Assembly: GCA_934230415.1 (NCBI GenBank)
Contig: CAKQEW010000003.1
Coordinates: forward strand, 73,837 to 137,836
Direction: 5' to 3'
DNA length: 64,000 bases
DNA from: an uncultured Alphaproteobacteria bacterium
GTDB taxonomy: Bacteria; Pseudomonadota; Alphaproteobacteria; Rs-D84
The position numbers were made by a program, and so were the translations under genes. The notes below the pieces were generated by a model. The model was not told the origin of the DNA. It made no database searches and saw only the letters and a list, made by a program, of their open reading frames with translations. Of the stretch, positions 46,722 to 58,785 are shown piece by piece. Numbering within the stretch: the stretch's first letter is position 1; each line of letters starts with the position of its first letter.

Positions 46722-47654
46722 ATGAAAACACCATGGTGGTTCTTGCATAAAACGCCAATTTCATTTGCCTTGTTGCCGGTGTCTTGGGTGTATTATGGTT
46801 TGTCGCGGGCGGTATATGCGATGCGACGAATTGGTGCGTATCAATCCCGGCGGCCGGTGATTTGTATTGGAAATATCCTGGCAGGTGGGGTTGGCAAGAC
46901 CCCAATCGTGCGCGAGGTTGCTATGCGATTTGATGCGCCGGTTGTTATGCGTGGGTATAAAAAGAGTGCGAATACCGGAAATGCCGGGGACGAGGCATTG
47001 ATGCTGGCGCGCAGTGGATTACAGGTGCATACTGGTAATCGTCGTGCGGCGATAAAATTATTGAATAATGCATCAGATTCAGATACCCCAATCGTTATGG
47101 ATGACGGTTTTCAAAATCCGCGTGTAAAGAAAGATGTATCCATACTGGTGTTTGACCAGGGACTGGGGTTTGGTAATGGATTTTTGTTGCCGGCCGGGCC
47201 ATTGCGTGAACCACGCCGTGCGATTTCACGCGCGGATGCAGTGATTGTTATTCGCAGTGCGCATCCACGTAAAAAGTTTAAATTGCCAGATAATATTCCT
47301 GTGTTTTATGCCACAAATCAGACTGTATCCCCATATGACGAAGGTGTGCGTGTTTGCGCATTTGCGGGAATTGGATATCCGAAAAAGTTTTTCAGAATGC
47401 TGAACAATGTTGTTGTATCACGTCGTTCATATCCGGACCATTATCAATATACTGATGCAGATATAGAGAGCCTGTTTGCGTGGGCGGCGCGTAAAAATGC
47501 GCAACTGGTTACCACGGAAAAAGACTGGGTTCGGTTGCCATCATATGCGCGTGACCGTATTAAATATGCGCGTTTGGTTACCAGTGTAGAAGGTGCGTTT
47601 TTTGATTGGTTAAAGGAGAAAATAGACAATGACCACAATCGCAAAAAAAATTAA
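46722..47654 (+). CDS. lpxK: tetraacyldisaccharide 4'-kinase
   Basis: P-loop GNILAGGVGKTP. Size of 310 aa and lipid A context are consistent with LpxK. Confidence 0.85.
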   Translation: MKTPWWFLHKTPISFALLPVSWVYYGLSRAVYAMRRIGAYQSRRPVICIGNILAGGVGKTPIVREVAMRFDAPVVMRGYKKSANTGNAGDEALMLARSGLQVHTGNRRAAIKLLNNASDSDTPIVMDDGFQNPRVKKDVSILVFDQGLGFGNGFLLPAGPLREPRRAISRADAVIVIRSAHPRKKFKLPDNIPVFYATNQTVSPYDEGVRVCAFAGIGYPKKFFRMLNNVVVSRRSYPDHYQYTDADIESLFAWAARKNAQLVTTEKDWVRLPSYARDRIKYARLVTSVEGAFFDWLKEKIDNDHNRKKN

Positions 47655-48570
47655 AATCACGGGTGTTGGGATTCATTCTGGGTTACCGGTGAATATGGTT
47701 GTGAAACCATCACGCGTGCCGGGAATATTCTTTCGCCGCAGTGATATGACGGGCGCCAAACCCATCCAGGCGTTGGCGCAAAATGTTGGTGAAACCAAGA
47801 TGCGCAATACAACAATTGGAAACCCGTCTGGGGCACATGTTCAGACAATTGAACATTTGATGGCGGCGTTATTCTTGGCCGGAATTGACAGCGCGGTTAT
47901 TGATATTGATGGCCCAGAAACACCAATTCTGGATGGCAGTGCGTCTGAATTTTTATCTGTATTTATGGGCAATACAACAGGTGCGCCGACCATGAAAAAA
48001 ATCGTTGTGCGTCGCCCAGTTATTGTTTATGCGCGCGAAATATTGCGAACATTGCCGTGGCATGTACGTCTGCAATTATGGGTGATGAATAAAATCGCCG
48101 GGCGTCGTACGGACGGGTTTGTAAAATTGGCGCCGAATGATGGTAAATCACTGAACATAACGGCGACATTGGTATATCCAGAAAAAATTATTGGTCGCCA
48201 GACGTTTTCATACAGTTTTAATGGCACCAAGAAATCCGTAAATGATTTTGTGAAAAATATCGCGCGTGCACGTACGTTTGGGAAATATTCTGAATGGGAA
48301 TATCTGAAGGCGCACGGAATGGGACGCGGGGCCAGTGAACGAAATGTTATCGCATTAAATAATGCAGGGGATGGGACACTGAATCCGGTAATTTGGCCAG
48401 ATGAATTTGTACGGCACAAGATTATTGATGCAATTGGGGATATGTTCACATCAGGTGGCTTTGTGATTGGTGACCTGGAATCATACAAGGGCAGCCATGC
48501 GTTGAACAACCTGGTGCTGAAAAAATTATTCAGCGACCCGGCGAATTATGATATAATTGAATGCAAATAA
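47629..48570 (+). CDS. lpxC: UDP-3-O-acyl-N-acetylglucosamine deacetylase
   Basis: ITGVGIHSG, HTIEHLMAAL, ILDGSASEF zinc-site motifs of LpxC. Confidence 0.85.
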   Translation: MTTIAKKIKITGVGIHSGLPVNMVVKPSRVPGIFFRRSDMTGAKPIQALAQNVGETKMRNTTIGNPSGAHVQTIEHLMAALFLAGIDSAVIDIDGPETPILDGSASEFLSVFMGNTTGAPTMKKIVVRRPVIVYAREILRTLPWHVRLQLWVMNKIAGRRTDGFVKLAPNDGKSLNITATLVYPEKIIGRQTFSYSFNGTKKSVNDFVKNIARARTFGKYSEWEYLKAHGMGRGASERNVIALNNAGDGTLNPVIWPDEFVRHKIIDAIGDMFTSGGFVIGDLESYKGSHALNNLVLKKLFSDPANYDIIECK

Positions 48571-48580
48571 AGGATTCGTT

Positions 48581-48910
48581 ATGAAAAAGGTTTTATCTGT
48601 ATTGGCGGTGGTGGCGTTGGCCGCATGTGGCGGTATGATAAAAAATGAAAACGGCAGTGAATTTTTAACACAACTGGATGGGGAACCAACGGCGTGTGTA
48701 TATTTGTACAAGATTGAATCAGAAGTATCTGTGTATGATGCAGATGATGCACGCAGATACCTGGAAAACCGTATCGCAGACCAGGCGCGTGGTGGTAACG
48801 CATATTGGATTACCAGTCAACGTACCCGTCCAAATGAATGGGTTGTGTTTGGCCCAGAACGTGCGTTTATTTTAACGGCAAATGTATATGATTGCCCATT
48901 AAATCGTTAA
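48581..48910 (+). CDS. small lipoprotein (110 aa)
   Basis: Lipobox MKKVLSVLAVVALAACGG (LAAC). AAGGAT RBS. Own terminator downstream. Confidence 0.5.
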   Translation: MKKVLSVLAVVALAACGGMIKNENGSEFLTQLDGEPTACVYLYKIESEVSVYDADDARRYLENRIADQARGGNAYWITSQRTRPNEWVVFGPERAFILTANVYDCPLNR

Positions 48911-48933
48911 CGAATGTAAAATATTTATTTTAT

Positions 48934-48962
48934 ACGCCTGCTGATTTTTAGCAGGCGTTTTC
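48934..48962 (+). terminator. intrinsic terminator
   Basis: ACGCCTGCT-gattttt-AGCAGGCGT 9-bp stem followed by TTTT. Confidence 0.6.
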
Positions 48963-49000
48963 ATTCTGTGTTTGCGTTGTTTGTAATTTTTATGTTATAA

Positions 49001-50281
49001 TTGCCGTATCAAGCAGAACAGAGAGAGAAATTGCCTGGACAAGTTATTAATATAAACCGCAGAAAGTATGCTGTTGGGCTGTTTTGGCAACCCACAGGTG
49101 CCGGATTTGCCGCGCGTACGTACGCGCGCATGTTGGCGCGCAGCGTTGATAAAAAATTGCGCCTGTATACAGAATATCGTGCGATGGTTGGGCTGGGGTC
49201 ACAACGCGCCGGACATCATTCTGGAATGCCATCGGCCGCGGCCGAGGTTATGGATGCCATGACGGAATTTAATTCGTTTCTGGCGGTGTTTGCGGTTGGA
49301 AATAAATTCTATCTGGTTGCGGTGCGTAATGGAATTGTTTTAGAAGATAAACTGTTTGATAACGCAGACAGTGCGCGCGCCGAATATTCGCGTTTATTTG
49401 AAATTCCAGATTGGGGTGCATTGATTGCACCGGGCGCATGGGGAATGCCGCGTGCGATTGAACGAAATTTATCAGAACTGGTGACGGGAATGGCGCGCGC
49501 AACGCTGCATCCAATCAGTCGTTTGTCCCGTGTTGTGGCATCGGTGGCGATGGTTTTGGTATTCTTGGTTGCGTTGGGAATGTTTTTCCGTGAACCATTA
49601 AAACAAATGATGACGCCGCCCCAGATTGCCCAAATTAATCCAGAATTGGCCGCGGAATATAAACGCCAAATTGCCGAAAAGGACAAGGAACTGGATGCGC
49701 AATTTGATATAAAAAAGCCCCAGCCGATTGTACTGCCGTATGATAATTTGCCGGATGTTGCGATACGTGCAGAAACCTGTTACCAGGCGATTGGGTTTGT
49801 AATGCAACCGATTCCGGGATGGAACCAGGTTTCGGCCGATTGTGGTGAAACACATGCGTCGGCACGTTTTTCGCGCAGTTTTGGAACACTGGCTGATTTT
49901 TATAATGTTGCCACCGGGTTAATGCCGGGCGCGTTTGTTACAGAAAATTCCCCAGATTCAATTTCATTGCGGGTGACACTGCCGGTGGTGGCGTCGCATG
50001 CATCCATTGATGAACGTGATGCGGATACGGTCGTGCGTGCGATTCAGACCGCGTTTCAGGGTATTTCCACAGATGTTGATACGAATGTTGTTGTGGATAC
50101 ATTGACGAATGGAATTGAAACGGTGATCTTGAATATAGTAGAGGTTGCGGCGCAATCAAAACTGACCCCGATGCAGTTTATGAAAATATTTGATGATTTT
50201 GGTGGTGTGTATATGACGCGGTGCGCATGGAACGCCAATAACAGAATCTGGAACTATGAGGTGATAATATATGTCAAATAA
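49001..50281 (+). CDS. bitopic type IVb-pilus assembly protein (BfpC / R64 PilO / GspL-like)
   Basis: 426 aa. A cytoplasmic N-domain of about 170 aa, a single TM segment (VASVAMVLVFLVALGMFF), then a periplasmic domain. Position before a PilP-like gene, ATPase and platform matches BfpC-BfpU-BfpD-BfpE / PilO-P-Q-R order. Start uncertain (TTG 49001 or TTG 49031 with a GAGAGAG RBS). Confidence 0.45.
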   Translation: MPYQAEQREKLPGQVININRRKYAVGLFWQPTGAGFAARTYARMLARSVDKKLRLYTEYRAMVGLGSQRAGHHSGMPSAAAEVMDAMTEFNSFLAVFAVGNKFYLVAVRNGIVLEDKLFDNADSARAEYSRLFEIPDWGALIAPGAWGMPRAIERNLSELVTGMARATLHPISRLSRVVASVAMVLVFLVALGMFFREPLKQMMTPPQIAQINPELAAEYKRQIAEKDKELDAQFDIKKPQPIVLPYDNLPDVAIRAETCYQAIGFVMQPIPGWNQVSADCGETHASARFSRSFGTLADFYNVATGLMPGAFVTENSPDSISLRVTLPVVASHASIDERDADTVVRAIQTAFQGISTDVDTNVVVDTLTNGIETVILNIVEVAAQSKLTPMQFMKIFDDFGGVYMTRCAWNANNRIWNYEVIIYVK

Positions 50282-50969
50282 ATTAAAGTTTGGTTTATTG
50301 TTTGTTGCAATGTTTGCGTTTGTATATGCACCGGCGTATGCAGATGAAATTGTTGATACAGAAATTATTTCTGACACGATTGTCACCGATGATGATGTGG
50401 ATATGGAACAGGTATCTGCGGATGCGGTGGCGAACTATAATGTTGATGGTTCCCTGTTTCAACAGATTACTGATTTGGAACAGGAAAAGGTTTTGATGCA
50501 ATTGGAAAAAGAACGTGCCCAGTTGGATTTGGAACTGGACAGATTGGCGGCAGAAAAAATCAAACTGCATATGGAAATTGATACGCTGTCGGGACGTGCA
50601 GAACAGCAACAACAGGAACTGGAGGCCGCCAAGGCGAAATTAGAGGCGGAAACCGCAAAACTGGAACGTGAAAAAGAAGCGTTACAGGCCGAACCAGTGA
50701 CAAAGAAAGTTTCGGCCAGTGTGGCGGCGTCTGATGATGATATGGCGGACAAAAAAATCACAGATGATTATAAATTGGTGAATGTTTTTGGTGCGGGTAA
50801 TCAATTACAGGCAACCGTTGCAGATTTGAAAACCGGCCAGAATAAAAAGATTTCTGTGGGACGTACACTGGATGGGTTCACGGTAAAGTCAATATCACTG
50901 GATGAAGGAATTGTGTTTGTTGATGCCACAGGTGCGACCCAGACACTGAATGTTTCCAGCACAAAATAA
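50271..50969 (+). CDS. periplasmic coiled-coil protein (PilP/BfpU/GspM-like)
   Basis: Signal peptide MSNKLKFGLLFVAMFAFVYAPAYA. Long coiled coil (LEQEKVLMQLEKERAQLDLELDRLAAEKIKL...). C-terminal beta-rich domain. Overlaps the upstream gene's stop. Confidence 0.4.
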   Translation: MSNKLKFGLLFVAMFAFVYAPAYADEIVDTEIISDTIVTDDDVDMEQVSADAVANYNVDGSLFQQITDLEQEKVLMQLEKERAQLDLELDRLAAEKIKLHMEIDTLSGRAEQQQQELEAAKAKLEAETAKLEREKEALQAEPVTKKVSASVAASDDDMADKKITDDYKLVNVFGAGNQLQATVADLKTGQNKKISVGRTLDGFTVKSISLDEGIVFVDATGATQTLNVSSTK

Positions 50970-50981
50970 AATGGACACATT

Positions 50982-52613
50982 ATGAACGAAAACGATGTTT
51001 TGAATAATATCCCTGTGGAAAACCGACCGTCTGTGCCGGCCGGCCTGGAAACGGCCGAGGTCAAGGATATTGTTGATTATCTGTTTTCAAATGGAAACCG
51101 TTTGATGACGGCAACCGGCGCACCCCAGGAATTACCCAAGGATACCCAGGGTTTGGTTGCGTATTTTTCGGGTGGTGAAATTATTATATCGCGCACGCAT
51201 CGTTATGATGGGCGTGTGTTGGCATTTCTGGATTTGTTGCGCGCGCGCGCGCGGCCAATGCGTATGCCGTTTTATTCTGATTTGGGATTGGTATCGGCGA
51301 TTTATAAATCATATGACGCACGCCTGGGCGGTGGGCCACGCAATGCGCGTGATTATGATAACCAGATGCAGAAAGACTTTGTTGATATCGTTGCCCGTGC
51401 CGCCGCGCAAAAGGTTTCTGATATTCATATAGAGGTTGCCGATCAAACTACAATTTATTTCCGTATTGATGGCAGTATGCAGCCGGTTCTGGAATATAAT
51501 TCCCAGTGGGGTGAATCATTTGTTCGTGCGGCGTTTGCGTCGTCTGATATGTCTAATGCGAACTATGCCCAAAACGAATATCAATCCGCCCAGAAAGATG
51601 GACATACCCCGTTGCGCGGGACCAAGGATTTATACCTGCCACTGGGGATATTAAGTATCCGTATGCAGTTTAACCCGATTGCGTTTGGGTCGCGTTATGT
51701 CGTGATGCGATTGCTGTATGATAATCCATCAGAGGGTATAAAGACCGAGCAAGAATTTGGTGAATACGAACGGCGCCTGTTGATGCGTCTGCGTGCATTT
51801 CCGACCGGATTGGTAATTGTTGCCGGCCCGACCAGTTCTGGGAAATCAACGACATTGGTGCGCAATATGTCGCTGATGTTAAAAGAACACAATTACGAAA
51901 TTAATATGATTACCGTGGAAAATCCGGTTGAACAAAAGATTTTTGGTGCGCACCAAATGCCGGTTGTGAACACCACAAACGAAGAACAACGCGAAGAAAA
52001 ATATACAGAAGCATTGGCGGCGGCATTGCGCAGTGACCCTGATACATTGATGGTTGGTGAAATTCGTACGCTGGCGGCGGCGCAATTGACGGTGCGTGGC
52101 GCGTTATCTGGGCATAATGTTTGGACAACGTTGCATGCGAATTCGGCGATGGCGGCATTAACACGTTTGCTGGATTTGGGGATAGAGCCGTTTAAGTTAA
52201 AAGAAGAAACCATGATGCGTGGATTGATTTCTATGCGTCTGTTTAAAAAATTGTGTCCGTATTGTCGTGAACGTCTGATTGACCATCCAGAACATCCGGC
52301 GTATTCGCGTGTGTTAAATGCGTTTGGTGAATTGGGTCTGCGCCAGGTTTATATTCGTGGCGCCGGTTGCAGTGAATGCAAGGGTACCGGTACCCTGGGC
52401 CGTATCAAGGCAGGCGAAATCATCATAACAAACAGCGAATTTTTACGTCTGGCATTGGCGGGTAACACCGATGGCGCGTTGCGTTATTGGCTGGAAGATA
52501 TGGATGGCCGCACGTTAAAGGAAGCGGCGATGTCGCTGATGTTACAGGGTATAATTGGCGTTGATGAATTGGAACGTTGGGTTGGTTTGTTGGACAGACC
52601 TGGGGTATATTAA
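50982..52613 (+). CDS. GspE/PilB-family secretion ATPase (type IVb pilus extension ATPase, PilQ/BfpD/TcpT-like)
   Basis: Walker A AGPTSSGKSTTL. Asp box and His box regions. Tetracysteine zinc site CPYCRE...CSECKGTG characteristic of GspE/PilB ATPases. Confidence 0.85.
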   Translation: MNENDVLNNIPVENRPSVPAGLETAEVKDIVDYLFSNGNRLMTATGAPQELPKDTQGLVAYFSGGEIIISRTHRYDGRVLAFLDLLRARARPMRMPFYSDLGLVSAIYKSYDARLGGGPRNARDYDNQMQKDFVDIVARAAAQKVSDIHIEVADQTTIYFRIDGSMQPVLEYNSQWGESFVRAAFASSDMSNANYAQNEYQSAQKDGHTPLRGTKDLYLPLGILSIRMQFNPIAFGSRYVVMRLLYDNPSEGIKTEQEFGEYERRLLMRLRAFPTGLVIVAGPTSSGKSTTLVRNMSLMLKEHNYEINMITVENPVEQKIFGAHQMPVVNTTNEEQREEKYTEALAAALRSDPDTLMVGEIRTLAAAQLTVRGALSGHNVWTTLHANSAMAALTRLLDLGIEPFKLKEETMMRGLISMRLFKKLCPYCRERLIDHPEHPAYSRVLNAFGELGLRQVYIRGAGCSECKGTGTLGRIKAGEIIITNSEFLRLALAGNTDGALRYWLEDMDGRTLKEAAMSLMLQGIIGVDELERWVGLLDRPGVY

Positions 52614-52614
52614 T

Positions 52615-53688
52615 ATGACAACCAAACTGGATAAATTATACGCAAAATTGGCATTCAGGTTGAATACTGAAAAGCGTATGGCGCTGGCGCGTAAGTTGGT
52701 GTCGCTGTTGCGTAATGATTTTTCGCTGATGAATGCGCTGGGGCGGTTGGAAATGGTTGAATCAAAAAATGGAACCAAGCCAGATGAACCGTTTGCAATT
52801 GCATTGCGTGAATTTCAGATAAATCTGGAACGTGGGATGAGTTTTTCAGACGCAACCCGTGGATGGGTGCCGATGAATGAAACACTGCTGCTGACGTCTG
52901 GGAATCTGACTGATTTGGTGGTTTCATTGGAAAATATCAGTCGGGCGGTTGATGGTATTCGCCGGATAAAGCGTGCGATGGTTGGCGCGATTGCGTATCC
53001 GCTGTTTCTGTTGGCGTTAACGTTTGGCATAATTATTATGGTTGGGGTGTATTTGGTGCCGCCGTTGGCCGATGTTGCCGGCACAGATATGATTTGGCGC
53101 GGGACGGCGGCATCGCTGATATGGCTGTCGGAATTTGCAATAAAATACTGGTATGGTTTTATGTTGGTATTTGGTTGTGCAATCGGGGTTATTTGGGTCA
53201 GTTTGTCGCACTGGACGGGACCATTGCGTCGCGTGTTTGATAAATTGCCGCCATGGAATATTTATAAAATTCAGGTTTCGGTTGGCTGGCTGATGAGTTT
53301 GTCATCAATGGTTGCCGCCGGTGTTACAATTCCGGATGCAATGCGTATGTTGGCGGATAATTCAAACAGATATCTGCGCAGTATTTTGGACAGTACGTTA
53401 CGCCATATTGCAAATGGTGATAATCTGGGGATGGCGTTGGCAAATACCGGGCGTGATTTTCCAAATGCAGAATTGATTGGGGATTTGGCCATATACGCGG
53501 ATATGAACGGATTTGATACGAATTTGACGCGTGTGGCGAATGATTATTTGGATGAATCAGTGCGCAAAATGGAATCAATTTCAAACGTGCTGAACAGTGT
53601 GGGTATTTTATTAGTGTCTGCGGTTATCGCATGGGTCGTGCTGGGGACATTCCAGATGCAAGACCAAATTACCAGCGCACTGTCATAA
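52615..53688 (+). CDS. GspF/PilC-family inner-membrane platform protein (PilR/BfpE/TcpE-like)
   Basis: 358 aa. Two repeated T2SS-F domains and three TM segments. Starts 2 nt after the ATPase stop. Confidence 0.8.
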   Translation: MTTKLDKLYAKLAFRLNTEKRMALARKLVSLLRNDFSLMNALGRLEMVESKNGTKPDEPFAIALREFQINLERGMSFSDATRGWVPMNETLLLTSGNLTDLVVSLENISRAVDGIRRIKRAMVGAIAYPLFLLALTFGIIIMVGVYLVPPLADVAGTDMIWRGTAASLIWLSEFAIKYWYGFMLVFGCAIGVIWVSLSHWTGPLRRVFDKLPPWNIYKIQVSVGWLMSLSSMVAAGVTIPDAMRMLADNSNRYLRSILDSTLRHIANGDNLGMALANTGRDFPNAELIGDLAIYADMNGFDTNLTRVANDYLDESVRKMESISNVLNSVGILLVSAVIAWVVLGTFQMQDQITSALS

Positions 53689-53692
53689 AAAA

Positions 53693-53714
53693 ATGCCCCG
53701 GTGGGGCATTTTTT
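53693..53714. terminator. bidirectional terminator
   Basis: ATGCCCCGGTGGGGCAT hairpin plus TTTTT. Lies between convergent platform gene (+) and the 189-aa gene (-). Confidence 0.6.
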
Positions 53715-54282
53715 ATACCATAAATGGCAGGTTTTCCAGATTACCTTCGGCGACACGGACATTTACGTCCAGTAACATAAACACGGCATCTGGCGTTTTT
53801 GGGATGGATTCGCTGAATATATCTGTGGTCAGCAGGTGGCTGGTATTCACAGACAGTTTGGTTATCAGGTGGTCGTCATCCAGCAATGTGTAAATCGGGC
53901 CGATATCACGTGGGGTATTTTCACCGATTTCGTGTTCGTTTTGTGGACAACGCAGGCCATCCAGCAGCGTTTTTACGCGGTTATCAATATCGCGACGGGG
54001 CACACCCACAATTTCAGGATGCATCATCTGGATATCAATTTCAGCCAATAATTTCAGATTTGGTGTGATAATTGGGTTCCAGTCAATTCCACCAACGTGA
54101 CGCGTGGTAATCGGACTCTTGGTCGCCCCAGGCATCATATACTGGGTCATATTGTTCCACGGCTGATGTTCCAGCAAGCGTTTCAATTGTGGATGAAACT
54201 GCATACGGATGTCCGCAATGTGTTGTGCGCGCTTTTTAGGATTGATTAAAATATCGCCAAAATACAATAACTTAAATTTCAT
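53713..54282 (-). CDS. hypothetical protein (189 aa), downstream gene of a two-gene operon
   Basis: Start overlaps the upstream gene's stop (ATGA). No recognisable motif. Confidence 0.4.
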   Translation of the reverse strand: MKFKLLYFGDILINPKKRAQHIADIRMQFHPQLKRLLEHQPWNNMTQYMMPGATKSPITTRHVGGIDWNPIITPNLKLLAEIDIQMMHPEIVGVPRRDIDNRVKTLLDGLRCPQNEHEIGENTPRDIGPIYTLLDDDHLITKLSVNTSHLLTTDIFSESIPKTPDAVFMLLDVNVRVAEGNLENLPFMV

Positions 54283-54584
54283 TTTTCTTTCATCCTTTGT
54301 GCCATAAATTCTTCAAATTCTGCGATTGCCAGTGGGTGCAGGCGGTAATGATGCGGGGTCTTGGATGTGCTGTGTGACCATTTGGCATCATATACCATCT
54401 CGTGCGGGACATTGCCGATTTTAAATCGCTTTTTTAATTTGTTGGCGGCGGCCATCAGTTTCGTCGCTTCTTCCGTAGAGAGATTGTATTTTTCTGCAAC
54501 CTGGGCAGGCTTTAAAAAGTCAGATTTTGTAAATTTTGGTGTGTTACTTTCTGCCATAATTTTTATCCCCTTTTTCCTGGACAA
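54279..54584 (-). CDS. hypothetical small protein with HTH-like segment (101 aa)
   Basis: AAGGGG RBS. PAQVAEKYNLSTEEATKLMAAAN looks like a helix-turn-helix. Lys-rich. Confidence 0.4.
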   Translation of the reverse strand: MSRKKGIKIMAESNTPKFTKSDFLKPAQVAEKYNLSTEEATKLMAAANKLKKRFKIGNVPHEMVYDAKWSHSTSKTPHHYRLHPLAIAEFEEFMAQRMKEK

Positions 54585-54633
54585 TTATACCAGAAATTGC
54601 TATTTTTTACACTGAAAAAAGAAAGGAATATAA

Positions 54634-57033
<2,400 letters not shown>

Positions 57034-57047
57034 CGCGGGGGGGATGC

Positions 57048-57356
57048 ATGGCTGAATTTGTTGATAAATACGGTCAAATTCATCGTGCGGTTGTAAACGA
57101 CCTGGTTTCGCGGGATTTGGTCGCGAAACAGAAAGAACGCGCCGAATTGGAAGAATTAGTTTATAACAATTCAGACAGACTTGGGAATGTTAACTTTGCG
57201 CGCCGACGTCTGGAGCAACTGAATCAAGAACTGGCGGGTGGTGATAAAAAGTCAGGGTTCAAGGCCGCCAACCAGAAGTTGCAGGCGAAAATGAACGCCA
57301 ATGGTATGTCGCCAGAAATGCTGGCGGCGATGGCCAGTGCGACCGAAAAAGAATAA
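57048..57356 (+). CDS. hypothetical protein (102 aa)
   Basis: ORF immediately downstream of gyrB. Charged, predicted helical. No motif. Confidence 0.35.
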   Translation: MAEFVDKYGQIHRAVVNDLVSRDLVAKQKERAELEELVYNNSDRLGNVNFARRRLEQLNQELAGGDKKSGFKAANQKLQAKMNANGMSPEMLAAMASATEKE

Positions 57357-57360
57357 AGCG

Positions 57361-58008
57361 ATGTTTGACGCGGAATGGTTCTTTGATTTGGATTCGCACC
57401 TGCGTGCAGCCGGCATGGACAGTGATGCACAATCGTTTGACCAAATACGTGAAAATTTATCGCATCGCCATGTTTGCAATGCAGATGAATTTGCCACGCA
57501 TTGTGCATATGTGATTTTGGCGGGTGGTTTTTCGCAAAAAACAGCCAAGGCAATTCATGAAAAAATTATGTCTGCACTGCGCGGCCGCGGTGCGGATTTT
57601 GATTATCTGTTCACGATTTTTCATAATAAAAACAAGATAAGTGCAATTTGCAAAATCTGGGATGCGCGTGACACATTGTGCGCGGAATATTACAAATTAA
57701 ATGATGTATCTGCGCGGCTGGATTTTCTGGCACGATTGCCACATATTGGTAAAATAACGGCAAATCATTTGGCGCGCAACCTGGGCGAAGATGTTGTGAA
57801 ATATGATATATGGATTCAACGTCTGGGCGCGGTATACAGCGGAAATCCGGCATTAGAATCAAAAATAGATAACAAAAAATTAAACCCAGATATTCGCAAC
57901 GCGTGTGATGCGATGTTTGGTCATCTGTGTTCTGAAACGGGTTTGCCGCGTGGGTATATTGATGTTGTTTTGTGGAAATCATTACAAACAGGATTGATAA
58001 AACTATGA
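57361..58008 (+). CDS. HhH-GPD superfamily DNA glycosylase-like protein (MagIII/3-methyladenine glycosylase-like)
   Basis: Helix-hairpin-helix LARLPHIGKITANHLARNLG. About 215 aa. Directly upstream of, and overlapping, ung. Family call is tentative. Confidence 0.4.
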   Translation: MFDAEWFFDLDSHLRAAGMDSDAQSFDQIRENLSHRHVCNADEFATHCAYVILAGGFSQKTAKAIHEKIMSALRGRGADFDYLFTIFHNKNKISAICKIWDARDTLCAEYYKLNDVSARLDFLARLPHIGKITANHLARNLGEDVVKYDIWIQRLGAVYSGNPALESKIDNKKLNPDIRNACDAMFGHLCSETGLPRGYIDVVLWKSLQTGLIKL

Positions 58009-58667
58009 ATGTAAAAATTGAACAATCATGGAAAGACGCATTGGCGGATGAATTTGATAAAGAATATTTTATCAAACTGACGGATTTTGTGCGTGCCCAG
58101 TATTTATCTGGTCGGGCGGTTTTTCCCGCGCCACAAAATATATTTAATGCGTTTAACCTGTGCCCATTGCCAGATGTCAAGGTTGTGATTATTGGCCAGG
58201 ACCCATATCATGAACCGGGCCAGGCGCATGGACTGTGTTTTTCAGTGTTGCCACCAACCCCCGTCCCGCCCAGTTTGGTGAATATATATCGCGAAATTGA
58301 ATCAGACCTGGGGCGCCCCAGCATAACGCATGGTGATTTAACCGCGTGGGCACGCCAGGGTGTATTACTGTTAAATTCCACACTGACGGTGGCGGCACAC
58401 CAGGCGGCATCGCACGCCGGGCGCGGGTGGGAACAATTTACCGATGCCGTTATCCGGGCCACGGCCGCACGCGATAATATTGTTTATATGCTGTGGGGAT
58501 TGTATGCCCAGCGCAAGGCGGAATTCGTAGACCCGACAAAAAATCTGATTCTGAAATCGGTGCATCCATCACCGCTGTCGGCACATCGTGGATTTTTTGG
58601 CAATCATCATTTTTCACGTGCGAACGAATACTTGGTCGCGCACGGAAAAACACCAATAGAATGGTAA
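58005..58667 (+). CDS. ung: uracil-DNA glycosylase (family 1)
   Basis: GQDPYHEPGQAHGLCFSV water-activating motif, and HPSPLSA C-terminal motif with catalytic His. Confidence 0.85.
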   Translation: MNVKIEQSWKDALADEFDKEYFIKLTDFVRAQYLSGRAVFPAPQNIFNAFNLCPLPDVKVVIIGQDPYHEPGQAHGLCFSVLPPTPVPPSLVNIYREIESDLGRPSITHGDLTAWARQGVLLLNSTLTVAAHQAASHAGRGWEQFTDAVIRATAARDNIVYMLWGLYAQRKAEFVDPTKNLILKSVHPSPLSAHRGFFGNHHFSRANEYLVAHGKTPIEW

Positions 58668-58785
58668 TCCGTCGCCGCTGACACTCCGACAGAGAGCAAA
58701 GAGAAGAGAGCAGAGCGCAATATTTGTGCGTCAGCGCACATCTATTTGTCCTTGCTGGACCTGGGCGTCGGGGTAATGTGCACTG

